Under the pieces are notes generated by a model, which saw only the letters and a program-made list of their open reading frames with translations, was not told the origin of the DNA and ran no database searches. Shown in pieces: positions 60,018-64,000 of a stretch of 64,000 nt of DNA. How positions within the stretch are numbered: position 1 is the first letter of the stretch; each line of letters starts with the position of its first letter. Both the position numbers and the translations under genes were made by a program. This DNA is from Escherichia coli. GTDB taxonomy: Bacteria; Pseudomonadota; Gammaproteobacteria; Enterobacterales; Enterobacteriaceae. The DNA lies in NCBI RefSeq assembly GCF_003334315.1, contig NZ_QOWR01000019.1. One strand, 5' to 3'.

Positions 60018-60758
60018 TTAGAACATTACCTTATGACCGTACTGCTCAAGAATGCCTTTCACGCGTTCCATGGTCTCTTTCTTAGGTGGTTTAACACCGT
60101 CGAGTTTGTACTCTTCACCCATTGCCACCCATTTGTGTTTGCCCAGCTCGTGGTAGGGGAGGAGTTCGATTTTCTCAACGTTGCCCATATCACGGGTAAA
60201 TTCACCGAGGCGATGCGCTGAATCGTCATCGTCAGACCAGCCTGGGACAACAACGTAGCGGATCCACACCTTCACATTTTTGTTCGCCAGATATTTGGCG
60301 AACTCCAGCGTGCGGTGGTTGGAAACTCCAACCAGATTTTGGTGGATCTCGTCGTTCATCTGTTTGAGATCGAGCATTACCAGGTCGGTTACTTCCAGCA
60401 GTTCATCAATCACCGGATCGTAACGACGAACAAAACCGTTGGTGTCCAGACAGGTATGAATGCCTTCTTTTTTGCAGGCGCGGAACCAGTCACGAACAAA
60501 CTCAGCTTGTAGGATTGCCTCACCGCCGGATGCGGTAACGCCGCCGCCGGAAGCGTTCATAAAGTGGCGATAGGTCACCACCTCTTTCATTAAATCTTCA
60601 ACGGTAACTTCTTTACCGCCATGCGTATCCCAGGTGTCGCGGTTATGACAATACAGGCAGCGCATCAGGCAGCCCTGGAAAAAGGTGATAAAGCGAATAC
60701 CCGGGCCGTCTACGGTTCCACAGGATTCAAAGGAGTGAATGCGACCAATAACTGACAT
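60018..60758 (-). CDS. pflA: Pyruvate formate-lyase activating enzyme (radical SAM)
   Basis: ORF track 60018..60785; start set to the ATG at 60758 ([23 protein letters not shown]...), 246 aa; radical-SAM motif [10 protein letters not shown]. Confidence 0.93.
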   Translation of the reverse strand: MSVIGRIHSFESCGTVDGPGIRFITFFQGCLMRCLYCHNRDTWDTHGGKEVTVEDLMKEVVTYRHFMNASGGGVTASGGEAILQAEFVRDWFRACKKEGIHTCLDTNGFVRRYDPVIDELLEVTDLVMLDLKQMNDEIHQNLVGVSNHRTLEFAKYLANKNVKVWIRYVVVPGWSDDDDSAHRLGEFTRDMGNVEKIELLPYHELGKHKWVAMGEEYKLDGVKPPKKETMERVKGILEQYGHKVMF

Positions 60759-60881
60759 TGCGGTGTTTCTCCAGATGTGGCCCATCTGAGGCCGTGTTGG
60801 TGCGCAGCTCGAAGGCTACGTCGAGTCTGTTTTGGCAGTCACCTTAAAGTATAGATAGCTGACAAAAAAGGCTCTCGCGCT

Positions 60882-60908
60882 AAAAAAGGCCCCACTTTCG
60901 TGGAGCCT
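60882..60908 (-). terminator. Rho-independent terminator of pflB
   Basis: Minus-strand hairpin GGCTCCACGAAAGTGGGGCC followed by TTTTTT, about 40 bp downstream of the pflB stop. Confidence 0.7.
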
Positions 60909-60949
60909 TTATTGTACGCTTTTTACTGTACGATTTCAGTCAAATCTAA

Positions 60950-63232
<2,283 letters not shown>

Positions 63233-63286
63233 GTAACACCTACCTTCTTAAGTGGATTTTTTATTTACTGCGTACTTCGACAACCA

Positions 63287-64000
63287 TTAATGGTGGTCGT
63301 TTTCACGCAGGTAAATGACCCAGTATGTCAACCCAACCAACAAACCACCACCGATAATGTTGCCGATCGTAACCGGAATCAGGTTATCAGTGATGAAATT
63401 CATCACGGTCAGGTGAGAAAAATTTTCCGGTGCAGAACCGACTGCGGTCCAAAATTCCGGGGATGCGAAGTCGCGGATTACAATACCCATCGGGATCATA
63501 AACATGTTTGCGATACTGTGCTCAAAACCGCTGGCAACAAACATCGCGACCGGCAGCACCATAATGAACGCTTTGTCCATCAGGCTGCGGCCAGAATAAC
63601 TCATCCATACTGCCAGACATACCATCAGGTTTGCCAGGATACCAAGACAGACGGCCTCAATAAAAGTATGGTGCACTTTGTGGTCGGCGGTTTGTAGGAC
63701 GTTTAGTCCCCATTGACCATTTGCGGTCATATACTCGCCGGAAAGCCACATTAAAAGTACAAACAGCAGTGCGCCGACCAGGTTGCCAAAATAGACATTT
63801 AGCCAGTTTTTCGCCAACTGACCCCAGGTGATGCGCCCACTCGCCTTAGCAACAACAATCAACACGGTGGAAGTAAAGAGATCGGCTCCGCAGACAACAC
63901 AAAGAATCAGCCCCAGAGAGAAGCAAATGCCGCCAACCAGTTTTGCCATGCCGAAGGGCATTGTGCCTGTGCCAGTGGTTGCTGTGATATAGAAGACGAA
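63287..64000 (-). CDS. focA: Formate channel FocA, 5'-truncated by the window end
   Basis: ORF track 63287..63961 covers the C-terminal part; the same frame stays open to position 64000 (...FVFYITATTGTGTMPFGMAKLVGG...), so the N-terminus lies beyond the window. Confidence 0.92.
   Translation of the reverse strand, partial: FVFYITATTGTGTMPFGMAKLVGGICFSLGLILCVVCGADLFTSTVLIVVAKASGRITWGQLAKNWLNVYFGNLVGALLFVLLMWLSGEYMTANGQWGLNVLQTADHKVHHTFIEAVCLGILANLMVCLAVWMSYSGRSLMDKAFIMVLPVAMFVASGFEHSIANMFMIPMGIVIRDFASPEFWTAVGSAPENFSHLTVMNFITDNLIPVTIGNIIGGGLLVGLTYWVIYLRENDHH

Overview
This 64-kb window reads as ordinary Escherichia coli core chromosome, not an accessory island, and I found no novel multi-gene system in it. 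The gene order matches the K-12-type backbone as I recall it: ybjC-nfsA-rimK-ybjN-potFGHI-ybjO-rlmC-artJ-artMQIP-ybjP-ybjQ-amiD-ybjS-ybjT-ltaE-poxB-hcr-hcp-ybjE(lysO)-aqpZ-ybjD-ybjX-macAB-cspD-clpS-clpA-[CRISPR remnant]-serW-infA-aat-cydCD-trxB-lrp-ftsK-lolA-rarA-serS-dmsABC-ycaC-ycaD-ycaM-ycaN-ycaK-pflA-pflB-focA. All assignments rest on recognising the translated ORFs and on remembered reference protein lengths; no database search was run. Points that depart from a plain reference-like backbone: (1) the window opens inside an IS1 copy whose right end sits 27 bp upstream of the ybjC start, displacing the native ybjC-nfsA promoter region; (2) a cas-less type I-F CRISPR array (3 full repeats plus a degenerate terminal repeat) lies between clpA and tRNA-Ser; (3) the divergent pair ycaN (LysR regulator) and ycaK (flavodoxin-like NAD(P)H oxidoreductase) are both disrupted, ycaN by an in-frame TAG and ycaK by an apparent 1-bp frameshift near the 5' end; (4) a GC-rich, multi-palindromic element of about 180 bp with no obvious function sits between ybjE and aqpZ; (5) ybjD, a solitary OLD-family nuclease-like gene, is worth noting as a possible defence gene. 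Start codons were adjusted from the ORF track where the longest ORF overran the likely true start; these adjustments and all strain-level interpretations are inference.
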